From Akkermansia sp. (GTDB taxonomy: Bacteria; Verrucomicrobiota; Verrucomicrobiia; Verrucomicrobiales; Akkermansiaceae), in NCBI GenBank assembly GCA_017558555.1, contig JAFYUJ010000057.1, positions 45,136 to 109,135 of the forward strand: 64,000 nt of DNA, given 5' to 3'. Below are positions 28,337-39,119 of the stretch, in pieces; within the stretch, counting starts at the first letter, position 1; every line of letters begins with the position of its first letter. Under the pieces are notes generated by a model that worked only from the letters and a program-made list of their open reading frames with translations, had not been told where the DNA came from and ran no database searches. Made by a program: the position numbers and the translations under genes.

Positions 28337-30442
28337 ATGCTGACTGACAACATAACCGATGCTGAAGCCACGCTTGAAGCCCGATATGGTTGCGATACCT
28401 TCGGAATCAAGACGATGGAAAAGTACCTTTCCAAGAGCGCATTCAAGAAGATGATGCTCACCATCCAGAAAGGTGGCAAATTGGACATGGGTATTGCTGA
28501 TGAGGTGGCTCAAGCCATGAAAGTGTGGGCATTGTCCAAAGGTGCTACGCACTACACCCACTGGTTCCAACCGCTGAGTGATGCTACGGCAGAAAAACAC
28601 GATTCCTTTGTGGAGCCTGATCGCAAGGGCGGGATGATTTGCGAGTTTACCGGCAAAAATCTGATTCAGGCCGAGCCGGATGCTTCCTCATTCCCCAGCG
28701 GTGGTATCCGCGCTACGTTTGAAGCCCGTGGTTATACGGCGTGGGATCCTACGTCTCCCGCGTTCATCAAACGCACGGCCAGTACGGCCACCCTGTGCAT
28801 TCCCACGGCATTCTGCTCCTATACCGGTGAGGCGCTGGACAAGAAGACACCGCTTTTGCGCTCCATGGTTGCTGTGGCCAAACAGACCACGCGCGTGCTG
28901 AACTGTTTTGGCATTGAACCCAGCTGTGTGGAGACGAATCTGGGTGCAGAGCAGGAGTATTTCCTGATTGACCGCAATCTGTATCTCAAGCGCCCGGATC
29001 TGATTGAGACCGGCCGCACGCTCTTCGGTTGCTTGCCGCCCAAGCATCAGCAGATGGAAGACCACTACTTTGGTTCCATTAAAGAACGTGTGCTGGAGTT
29101 CATGACCTCCGTGGATCACGCCCTGTGGGATTTGGGCGTGCCGTCCAAGACGCGTCACAACGAGGCGGCTCCCGGTCAGTTTGAAATTGCTCCCTTGTTT
29201 GAGGCCTGCAATGTGGCAGTAGACCACAACGTCATGATTATGGATGTGCTGGAACGCCAGGCTCTCAAGTTCAACTTGGTATGTTTGCTGCACGAGAAGC
29301 CCTACACCTCCGTGAATGGTTCCGGTAAGCATAATAACTGGTCACTTTCCACGCCGGAGATGGGCTCGCTCTTCTCCCCGGGCAAAACCCCGCACAGCAA
29401 CAAGCTTTTCCTTACGTTCCTTGCATGTGTGATTCAGTGCATCGATAAGCATGCTGATTTGCTGCGTGCATCTATCTCCAAGGCCGGGAATGATCACCGC
29501 CTCGGTGCGGCAGAAGCTCCGCCCGCTATCATCTCTATCTTCCTGGGTGATGAGCTGACGGATATCATCAACCAGATTAAGCAGGGCGGGGCTCAGTGCT
29601 CTGCATCCAAGACAACGATGGAATTGGGTGTGGATGTGTTGCCCGAGTTGCCCAAGGATACAGCAGATCGCAACCGTACGTCCCCGTTTGCTTTCACGGG
29701 CAATAAGTTTGAGTTCCGCGCCGTTGGCTCCTCTCAGACCTGTGCCTGGCCGATGACGGTGCTCAATACCATCATGGCCGAAGCTCTGGATGAAGTGGCA
29801 ACGCTGCTGGAACCTGTGGCCGGCACGCCTGCGTTCAACAAGACTTTGCAGCATATCCTCAAGGATATGCTTACTGCGCATGATCGCGTGGTCTTCAATG
29901 GTAATGGCTATTCTCAGGAATGGGTGGAAGAAGCTGCCCGCCGTGGGCTGCCTCATATCAAGACAACGCCCGAGGCGCTTGATGTGCTTTCCCGTGAGGA
30001 TTCCATTGCTCTGATGGAGAAGTATGGTGTGTTGTCTCGTTCCGAGCTGTTGGCCCGCAAGGAAATCCAGATGGAGAACTTCGAGAAGCTGATAGACATT
30101 GAGGCGAAGACCTGCCTTAATATGCTCAATACGATTTATATGCCCGCCATTGCTGCGCAGATGACGGATATTTGCGGTACTGTGGCATCCATTCAGGCTG
30201 CCGGTATTCAGGCCGGGTTGAAGGCTGCATCCCAGCGTGCGGAAGCTATCGGCTCATTGTACGACGAGCTTCCCGGCAAGGTGGAAGCACTCACTCAAGC
30301 CATTGCAGAGGGAAACCCCACCGGTATGCGTGCTGCCATGGAAGCCGCTCGCGAAGTGGTGGATGCTCTGGAAGCCATTGTGGATGCCGACCTCTGGCCG
30401 GTACCCACCTATGCCCAGATGCTCAATATCCACAGCAAGTAA
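28337..30442 (+). CDS. glnA: Glutamine synthetase type III
   Basis: THWFQPL, AEKHDSF, EPDASSFPSGG, EQEYFL, NGSGKHNNW, DRNRTSPFAFTGNKFEFRA. Confidence 0.95.
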   Translation: MLTDNITDAEATLEARYGCDTFGIKTMEKYLSKSAFKKMMLTIQKGGKLDMGIADEVAQAMKVWALSKGATHYTHWFQPLSDATAEKHDSFVEPDRKGGMICEFTGKNLIQAEPDASSFPSGGIRATFEARGYTAWDPTSPAFIKRTASTATLCIPTAFCSYTGEALDKKTPLLRSMVAVAKQTTRVLNCFGIEPSCVETNLGAEQEYFLIDRNLYLKRPDLIETGRTLFGCLPPKHQQMEDHYFGSIKERVLEFMTSVDHALWDLGVPSKTRHNEAAPGQFEIAPLFEACNVAVDHNVMIMDVLERQALKFNLVCLLHEKPYTSVNGSGKHNNWSLSTPEMGSLFSPGKTPHSNKLFLTFLACVIQCIDKHADLLRASISKAGNDHRLGAAEAPPAIISIFLGDELTDIINQIKQGGAQCSASKTTMELGVDVLPELPKDTADRNRTSPFAFTGNKFEFRAVGSSQTCAWPMTVLNTIMAEALDEVATLLEPVAGTPAFNKTLQHILKDMLTAHDRVVFNGNGYSQEWVEEAARRGLPHIKTTPEALDVLSREDSIALMEKYGVLSRSELLARKEIQMENFEKLIDIEAKTCLNMLNTIYMPAIAAQMTDICGTVASIQAAGIQAGLKAASQRAEAIGSLYDELPGKVEALTQAIAEGNPTGMRAAMEAAREVVDALEAIVDADLWPVPTYAQMLNIHSK

Positions 30443-30463
30443 AGAAATTATACCAAAAAGAGC

Positions 30464-30504
30464 CAGCCATCTGACTGTTTTACGTCAGATGGCTGCTTTT
30501 CTTT
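30464..30504 (+). terminator. Intrinsic terminator after glnA
   Basis: Stem CAGCCATCTGAC/GTCAGATGGCTG followed by CTTTTCTTT. Confidence 0.8.
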
Positions 30505-30627
30505 GTCATAATGTGCAAATAGGGGTTGACGCGCTTTATATTCGTGTTAGAATGCGCCCGCAATGTGTCGAAAAACTTGACAAATTGCGTAAAGGGTGGG
30601 GTATACCCTCAATTTTCTGTTCATATC

Positions 30628-33114
<2,487 letters not shown>

Positions 33115-33157
33115 TGCCCCCCGAGCGGGGCCTTGTGCGTCGCCGGCAAAAGCTTTC

Positions 33158-33195
33158 CGGGTTGCATGCCACAGAGCATGCAACCCGTTTGCTTT
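33158..33195 (+). terminator. Intrinsic terminator after rpoD
   Basis: Stem CGGGTTGCATGC/GCATGCAACCCG followed by TTTGCTTT. Confidence 0.8.
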
Positions 33196-33298
33196 ATTGT
33201 AAAGTGTTGCATGCAGGAAATCCCTGCTTGATATGCCAAATCAGATGTGCTAGACTTCAGGGCAGTACATCATATTCACCGTTTTACCCTTCATTCTC

Positions 33299-34096
33299 AT
33301 GTCTAACGCAACGGCTTTCCTGGGTGCCAGTACTATTCTTGGTCGCTATTGGACCAAGAGACGTTTTTTCGATTATCTGATTGATAAAGAGAATTTTCGT
33401 CTGACCTTCGGTCGTAGTTTTCGCATGATGGTGTATTTGGATAATGCCATCGCCAATGGGCCGGGGAACGTGCGCAAGAATGTGGAAGCTGATACACAGG
33501 CAACGAATTACCTGATTAATCATCTGGCTGATATCAAGCCTGAGTTCACTGTGTTTGTGACAACCTGCGATATGCTGGCCGAGGATGCAGATGAAAATAC
33601 GCCCACGCTGGAGCAGAGCGATGATGCTTACGTGCAGAACCGCATCAACTTGTATACCGCACTTAACCGCCAATATGGGCGTGTGCTCAATGTTCACCTG
33701 CCGGAGCTTGTTTCTCCTGCATATCAGGGTTACAGCCAGCTGATGGATATCATTACGAATCCCCCGGCGGGCAAGAAAGAGCTGCCTTTGGCTCCGTTGG
33801 AAATGCACCAGCTCTATATTGCTGACCGTATCCTGGGGGATGTGGAACGCTGCATCCCGCTTGGTATTCCTGCCATTATTCCGGCTATGCCTCCGCTGAC
33901 CACCATGGAAATTGTGGAGGCTCTGGCACCGGAGCTGGTGGACCGACTCCCTGTGCATAAGCCGGAAGACCCGCGCGGTTCTCTTCGTAAATCCATCCAT
34001 TCTTTCCAGTGGTTGGACCCCAAGGACGGTTATCTCGTGACCAAGGAAGACCAGCTGGAGTTGCTCAACTTCTACTTTGGTAAGAATCCTCTGTAA
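33299..34096 (+). CDS. Hypothetical protein, possibly a degenerate NAD-dependent epimerase-like fold
   Basis: Host-like codon usage; N-terminal TAFLGASTILG resembles a Rossmann GxxGxxG region; YVQNR in place of YxxxK. Confidence 0.5.
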   Translation: MSNATAFLGASTILGRYWTKRRFFDYLIDKENFRLTFGRSFRMMVYLDNAIANGPGNVRKNVEADTQATNYLINHLADIKPEFTVFVTTCDMLAEDADENTPTLEQSDDAYVQNRINLYTALNRQYGRVLNVHLPELVSPAYQGYSQLMDIITNPPAGKKELPLAPLEMHQLYIADRILGDVERCIPLGIPAIIPAMPPLTTMEIVEALAPELVDRLPVHKPEDPRGSLRKSIHSFQWLDPKDGYLVTKEDQLELLNFYFGKNPL

Positions 34097-34100
34097 GTCG

Positions 34101-34595
34101 GTGAAGACTCTCTGGCAGAAGTTTGGACCCCAGTTTATCCGCTTTTTTGTGGTGGGTGTGCTGGCTACGCTGGTGCATTGGGGCGTTTATGTAGGTCTCA
34201 ATCAGCTCTTCGTCCTTGGTATGGAGGAGGCCATGTGGCTGAGTGTGACGTACTCTGTCGGCTATATTGTCAGTTTTATCGGGAACTACATAGCCTCCTT
34301 GCGTTGGACCTTCCGCACGAAAGGCAGCGTGGGGAAGGGTGCCGGTTTTGCCTTCAGTCATGCAGTGAATTATGGCATGCATCTGGCCTTGCTCAACCTT
34401 TTCCTTTATTTGGGCGTGGGGCAGTTGATGGTGCAGGGGCTTTCCTGGTTTGTTCCGGCATTGGTGCAGGCTTTTCCCATTCTGGCATCTGCTGATGCAC
34501 TATTGCCGCTGCCCGTCTTTTGCGTGGTTGTCCCCGTCAATTTCCTGATGGTACGTTTCTTTTTGACTCGCGGAGACGAGAAAAAGCTTGACTAA
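34101..34595 (+). CDS. GtrA family membrane protein
   Basis: QFIRFFVVGVLATLV, FIGNY...RWTF, VPVNFLMVRFF; GTG start assumed. Confidence 0.85.
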   Translation: MKTLWQKFGPQFIRFFVVGVLATLVHWGVYVGLNQLFVLGMEEAMWLSVTYSVGYIVSFIGNYIASLRWTFRTKGSVGKGAGFAFSHAVNYGMHLALLNLFLYLGVGQLMVQGLSWFVPALVQAFPILASADALLPLPVFCVVVPVNFLMVRFFLTRGDEKKLD

Positions 34596-34626
34596 AACGG
34601 GTTCCTCTGGTAGGCTCCGCCGCGCT

Positions 34627-35196
34627 ATGGCAAAAGTTCCCGTTATTCAGCTTCGCAAAGGTCACGCCGTGAATTACAACGGCGATATCTGTGTTGTGCG
34701 CGAAAGTCAGCTCAAGACTCCTCCCCGCATGGCTTCCTACGTGCAGATGACCATCCGCAGTATTGCTACCAAGAAGGACTACAACCTTCGTCTTACCTCC
34801 AACGACTTCCTTGAGGGCGTGATGCTCAGCCGCGAGGAAATGGAATTCTCCTATGTGGACGGTATGGGCTACCACTTCCTGAACACGGAGACCTACGAGG
34901 ACGTTTGCGTGAGCGAAGATATCGTGGAACCCGTGAAGGATTACCTCATCGAAGGTAACACCTACATCCTCCTCTTCACCGATGAAATCGTGTGCTCCAT
35001 CGAACTGCCCGCCGCTATCACCATGGAAGTGGCTGAGGCTCCCGAGGGCGTGAAGGGTAACTCCGCCAACAACGTGTACAAGAGCGCTACCATGACCACG
35101 GGCCTTGTAGTGCAGGTGCCCCTCTTCATCTCCGCCGGTCAGCGTATCTCCGTGAAGACGGAAGATGGTACCTACCTCGGCCGCGTGAATAACTAA
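34627..35196 (+). CDS. efp: Elongation factor P
   Basis: LRKG, YHFLNTETYE, PEGVKGNSA, KSATMTTGLVVQVPLFI, GTYLGR. Confidence 0.93.
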   Translation: MAKVPVIQLRKGHAVNYNGDICVVRESQLKTPPRMASYVQMTIRSIATKKDYNLRLTSNDFLEGVMLSREEMEFSYVDGMGYHFLNTETYEDVCVSEDIVEPVKDYLIEGNTYILLFTDEIVCSIELPAAITMEVAEAPEGVKGNSANNVYKSATMTTGLVVQVPLFISAGQRISVKTEDGTYLGRVNN

Positions 35197-35222
35197 AATT
35201 ACCTTTTCAAAGGCTTTTTCCG

Positions 35223-35259
35223 GGCAGGAGAGTGAGTGCGCTCTCCTGCCTTATTCTTT
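35223..35259 (+). terminator. Intrinsic terminator after efp
   Basis: Stem GGCAGGAGAG/CTCTCCTGCC followed by TTATTCTTT. Confidence 0.75.
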
Positions 35260-35345
35260 CCTCGTGTCATTTTTCTACCTGTCAGGTGAGACTGTCGGAA
35301 TCCCGGCTTGCAATTTTCGGCAGCTACGCTAAAATAGCCACGGCT

Positions 35346-36239
35346 ATGAGTTGGAAGCTCCGAAGCACCGTTACTGCAATGCTGTTGGGATTGAGCATCC
35401 CCGCAGTAGCGGAGCCTGTGTCTGCCGACAACGAAAAGCTTGGTCATGAGATGCTTAAAGTGACCAACGATATGTGGTTTTTGCTCTCCGGCGTGGGTGA
35501 TAAACAAGCTGCCGATGCGGCGGCTCAGCGCTTCCATGAGCTGGTGAAAGAGAGTGAGCGCATAGGAGATAAGCTATACGCCCAGCAAGCCCTGGATATT
35601 GAAGCTTTGGACATGATGCATTACCGCATTGCGGAAGTGTATGAATCTCTCAGCTATGAGTTTGAGAGCTTGTGCCGCGCACGTTGCTATGGCTCGCAGC
35701 GTTTGATTGGCGCTTTTCGTGCGGCTGTTACAGCGGGCATTTTTGACGATGAGTGCATGCCGGGGTTGGAGCAACCCAAGCCTCCCTTCTCAGAAACGGA
35801 GGCTCGCCATGAGTTGGTGCGCATTCGTCGCTTGGTAGAGCCGGATAAGGCTGTGTTGACTGCCTTGCAAGAGGTGAAAGATGCCAATACTGCCAGCAAG
35901 GCGGCAGAAACACTTTTATTGCTGACTGGTCGTTTGCAGAAATTGCTTCCGGAAAGCACCCTGGTCAACAGAACATTTGCTGATAAAACTGCCCCGCATG
36001 TGCGCGCTGCTTTTGCCCCCATTGAACCGCTGCTTTGGGGAATTCGCAGCGAAATCGTGCGCATCGCAGCCCTGCCGGGGTACGATGATGAACCTTTTGA
36101 CCTTTTTTCAGATGCGCTGGATACCGTATTCCAGAGCTTGGGAGACACCCACAACACTTGGTTTGATGAAGTGTTTGATGAGTCCTTCCGCTCAGATTTG
36201 GATGAAGCGCTCCATGAAAACGCAACCACTTCAAATTAA
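35346..36239 (+). CDS. Secreted hypothetical helical protein
   Basis: Signal peptide MSWKLRSTVTAMLLGLSIPAVA; promoter TTGCAA-16-TAAAAT just upstream. Confidence 0.7.
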   Translation: MSWKLRSTVTAMLLGLSIPAVAEPVSADNEKLGHEMLKVTNDMWFLLSGVGDKQAADAAAQRFHELVKESERIGDKLYAQQALDIEALDMMHYRIAEVYESLSYEFESLCRARCYGSQRLIGAFRAAVTAGIFDDECMPGLEQPKPPFSETEARHELVRIRRLVEPDKAVLTALQEVKDANTASKAAETLLLLTGRLQKLLPESTLVNRTFADKTAPHVRAAFAPIEPLLWGIRSEIVRIAALPGYDDEPFDLFSDALDTVFQSLGDTHNTWFDEVFDESFRSDLDEALHENATTSN

Positions 36240-36248
36240 ACTCTCACC

Positions 36249-37718
36249 ATGCCTGTATCAGACTACCTCGTAACCATTGGTCTGGAAGTTCATTGCCAGA
36301 TTAAGACTGCCACCAAGATGTTTTGCTCCTGCAAGGCAGGGTTTGGCTATGAGCCCAACACTAACGTGTGCCCCACTTGCCTGGGTATGCCGGGTGCCAT
36401 GCCTGTATTGAATGAGTATGCCATCGAGCGAACAATCCTGACCGGCATGATGTTGGGTTGCAGCACGCCGCCTGTTTCCAAGTGGGATCGTAAGAACTAT
36501 TTCTATGCAGATATGCCCAAAAACTACCAAACCAGCCAGCTTGATTTGCCGCTGTGCATTGGTGGCGAGGTGCCTTTGTATTCCTGGGCATTCCCGGCAG
36601 ATAGTAAAGTGAAAGCAGAGGGAGCCGTGGTGCGCACGGTGAAGCTGGACCACATCCATCTGGAGGAGGACGCGGCCAAGCTCACGCACTACGGCACGTA
36701 TTCTCTGGTAGACTACAATCGCGGCGGTACGCCGCTCATGGAAATCGTGTCGGCTCCGGATTTGACCAGCCCGGATGAAACGTACGCCTACCTGAAGAGC
36801 TTGCAGCAAATTCTGGTGTGTGGTGGTATTTCTGATGCCGATATGGAAAAGGGGCAGATGCGTTGCGACGTGAATGTCTCCCTGCGTCCGAAGGGACAGA
36901 AGGAGCTTGGCGCTAAGATTGAGATGAAGAACATCAACTCCATGTCTGCGGCCCGCCGCGCGCTTATCTATGAAATTGCACGCCAGGCAGAGGAACTGGA
37001 TATGGGGATTGCACAGGTGCAATCCACCCGTCGCTGGGATGATGATTTGGGTGAAAGCATCGTGATGCGCACCAAGGAAAATGCCCATGACTACCGCTAC
37101 CACACCTGCCCGGATTTGGTCCCTGTGCACACAGCGTCCATGGTGGAAAAAGTGAAGCAGGAAATGCCCGAGTTGCCGGATGCCCGCCAGAAGCGCCTGA
37201 TGGAGCAATATGGCTTGCCCGTGGCAGATGCCAACACCCTGGTGGCAGATGCCGACCTGTGTTCCTATTTTGAAACGGCTGCCGGTTGTTCCAAGTCCCC
37301 CCGCAAGGTGGCCAACTGGCTCATCAATATCTTGCCGCCTATCCTCACCGCCCGGGAATTGGATATCTGCGATTGTCCTGTGACTCCTGCCACGTTGGCC
37401 GGACTTGTTGATGTGGTGGAGGAAGGTATTTGCTCTACCAACCAGGCTCGCGAAATCCTGGAAGAAGATTTGTGGAGCGGTGATGAGCAGGATGCCGCAG
37501 CCGCAGCCGCCAAGCGAGGATATAAGAAGGCTGATTCCGGCGCATTGGAAGCTTTGGTGGAGCAGGTTATTGCCGAAAACCCTGACAAGGTTGCCTTGGT
37601 GAAGGGGGGCAATATGAAGCTTATCAACGCATTGACCGGGCAGGTGATGAAGAATAGTAATCCCAAGCCTAATCCCAAGTTGGTCACAGAGATTCTGATG
37701 GCTAAGTTGGGCTTGTAA
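36249..37718 (+). CDS. gatB: Asp/Glu-tRNA amidotransferase subunit B
   Basis: IGLEVHCQ, DRKNYFYADMPKNYQ, HLEEDAAK, DYNRGGTPLMEIVS, GQMRCDVNVS, DYRY. Confidence 0.97.
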   Translation: MPVSDYLVTIGLEVHCQIKTATKMFCSCKAGFGYEPNTNVCPTCLGMPGAMPVLNEYAIERTILTGMMLGCSTPPVSKWDRKNYFYADMPKNYQTSQLDLPLCIGGEVPLYSWAFPADSKVKAEGAVVRTVKLDHIHLEEDAAKLTHYGTYSLVDYNRGGTPLMEIVSAPDLTSPDETYAYLKSLQQILVCGGISDADMEKGQMRCDVNVSLRPKGQKELGAKIEMKNINSMSAARRALIYEIARQAEELDMGIAQVQSTRRWDDDLGESIVMRTKENAHDYRYHTCPDLVPVHTASMVEKVKQEMPELPDARQKRLMEQYGLPVADANTLVADADLCSYFETAAGCSKSPRKVANWLINILPPILTARELDICDCPVTPATLAGLVDVVEEGICSTNQAREILEEDLWSGDEQDAAAAAAKRGYKKADSGALEALVEQVIAENPDKVALVKGGNMKLINALTGQVMKNSNPKPNPKLVTEILMAKLGL

Positions 37719-37739
37719 GGCTCATCCCTATCGGGCGAT

Positions 37740-38972
37740 ATGTACCTGCTGTTCGACTGCAATAATTTTTTTGCCAGTTGTGAGCAGGTCTTTCGCCCGG
37801 ATTGGCGCCAGCGCCCGCTTGTTGTTCTTTCCAACAACGATGGCTGCGTGATTTCTCGCAGCCCTGAAGCTAAGAAGATGGGTATCGCCATGGGCGAGCC
37901 CTATTTCAAGTGCCGCGAGCGCCTGGAGCAAGCAGGGGGTGTCGTTTGTTCCTCAAACTTTGCACTCTACGGCGATTTATCCGACCGCATCATGCAGATA
38001 TTGGAGGAATCCTTGCCCGAGGTTCACCAGTATAGCATCGATGAAGCGTTTGCTTCTGTGGGGTGCAGTGAGCATTACGATTGGGTGGCTGTGTGCCACA
38101 AAATACGCAACAAAATTCGCCGCTGGACCGGCATCACGGTCAGCGTAGGGCTTGCCCCGACTAAAACGCTGGCAAAGCTGGCGAATGAACGAGCAAAAAA
38201 ACACTCTTCCTGCGGAGGGGTGCTGCAACTGACTGCCGATTGTGACGAGGTGTTGCAGAAAACACCGATTGAGGATATATGGGGAGTGGGCAGAAAATTG
38301 GCCCCCCAGCTTCATGGTATGGGTATACGCACGGCAGCGGGGCTGGCATCTGCGCCCCTGGGACGGCTTCGCCAGAAGTTTGGTGTGCATGGTGAGCGCC
38401 TGGCGCTGGAGCTTCGCGGCATCTCTTGTCTGGAGGATGAGCCTGTAAGCGCCCGTTCTCAAATCATGGTATCGCGCTCGTTGAAAGAAGGGATTGACGA
38501 TGCTCATTTATTGCGGGAAGCGCTTTGTGGGTTTGTTGAAAAAGCCGCACGCAACCTGCGCAAAGAAGGGCTCATGGCTTCTCAGGTGCATGTCGTCTTG
38601 CGTACTTCTCGCTATGCCGAAAGCTCCGGCCTCTATGCCGCGCAGCAGGGGTGTATCCTGCCTCATCCTACAGATGATACGAGATTGTTTACCAAGGCGG
38701 CTACGGCGTTGCTGGAGGGGTTGTATCGCCCCGGCTATCCCTATCGCAAAATCGGTGTGTTGTTGGCGGATTTGCAGGGAGCTGACAGCGTGCAGCCAAC
38801 CTTTGAGCACCCGAATGTGGCGCCTAATCCGCTGATGCAGGTGTTGGATAAATTGCAGCAAGCCGGGCACCACATTCAATTTGCCAATAAATCGGCAGAA
38901 CCGCTGTGGCGTTGCTCCAAATCTTCCCCTTGTTACACGACGCGTTGGGAAGATATTCCCGAGGCTCGTTGA
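37740..38972 (+). CDS. Y-family DNA polymerase (UmuC-like)
   Basis: DCNNFFASCE, VVLSNNDGCVISRS, SSNFALYGDLS, YSIDEAF, C-terminal SPCYTTRW. Confidence 0.93.
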   Translation: MYLLFDCNNFFASCEQVFRPDWRQRPLVVLSNNDGCVISRSPEAKKMGIAMGEPYFKCRERLEQAGGVVCSSNFALYGDLSDRIMQILEESLPEVHQYSIDEAFASVGCSEHYDWVAVCHKIRNKIRRWTGITVSVGLAPTKTLAKLANERAKKHSSCGGVLQLTADCDEVLQKTPIEDIWGVGRKLAPQLHGMGIRTAAGLASAPLGRLRQKFGVHGERLALELRGISCLEDEPVSARSQIMVSRSLKEGIDDAHLLREALCGFVEKAARNLRKEGLMASQVHVVLRTSRYAESSGLYAAQQGCILPHPTDDTRLFTKAATALLEGLYRPGYPYRKIGVLLADLQGADSVQPTFEHPNVAPNPLMQVLDKLQQAGHHIQFANKSAEPLWRCSKSSPCYTTRWEDIPEAR

Positions 38973-39119
38973 TTTCTTTCATTCTGCGTGTCATCATGCC
39001 ATTGAAAGCCCGTTCATAAGGGACATTTGGCTTGCTAAACCATAGGGCGGGTGGTAGAATGGCGAACCGCGTTTCAGACGCGTGTGTGCCGAACTGTCAA
39101 TTTTTATAGCTACTGCATC

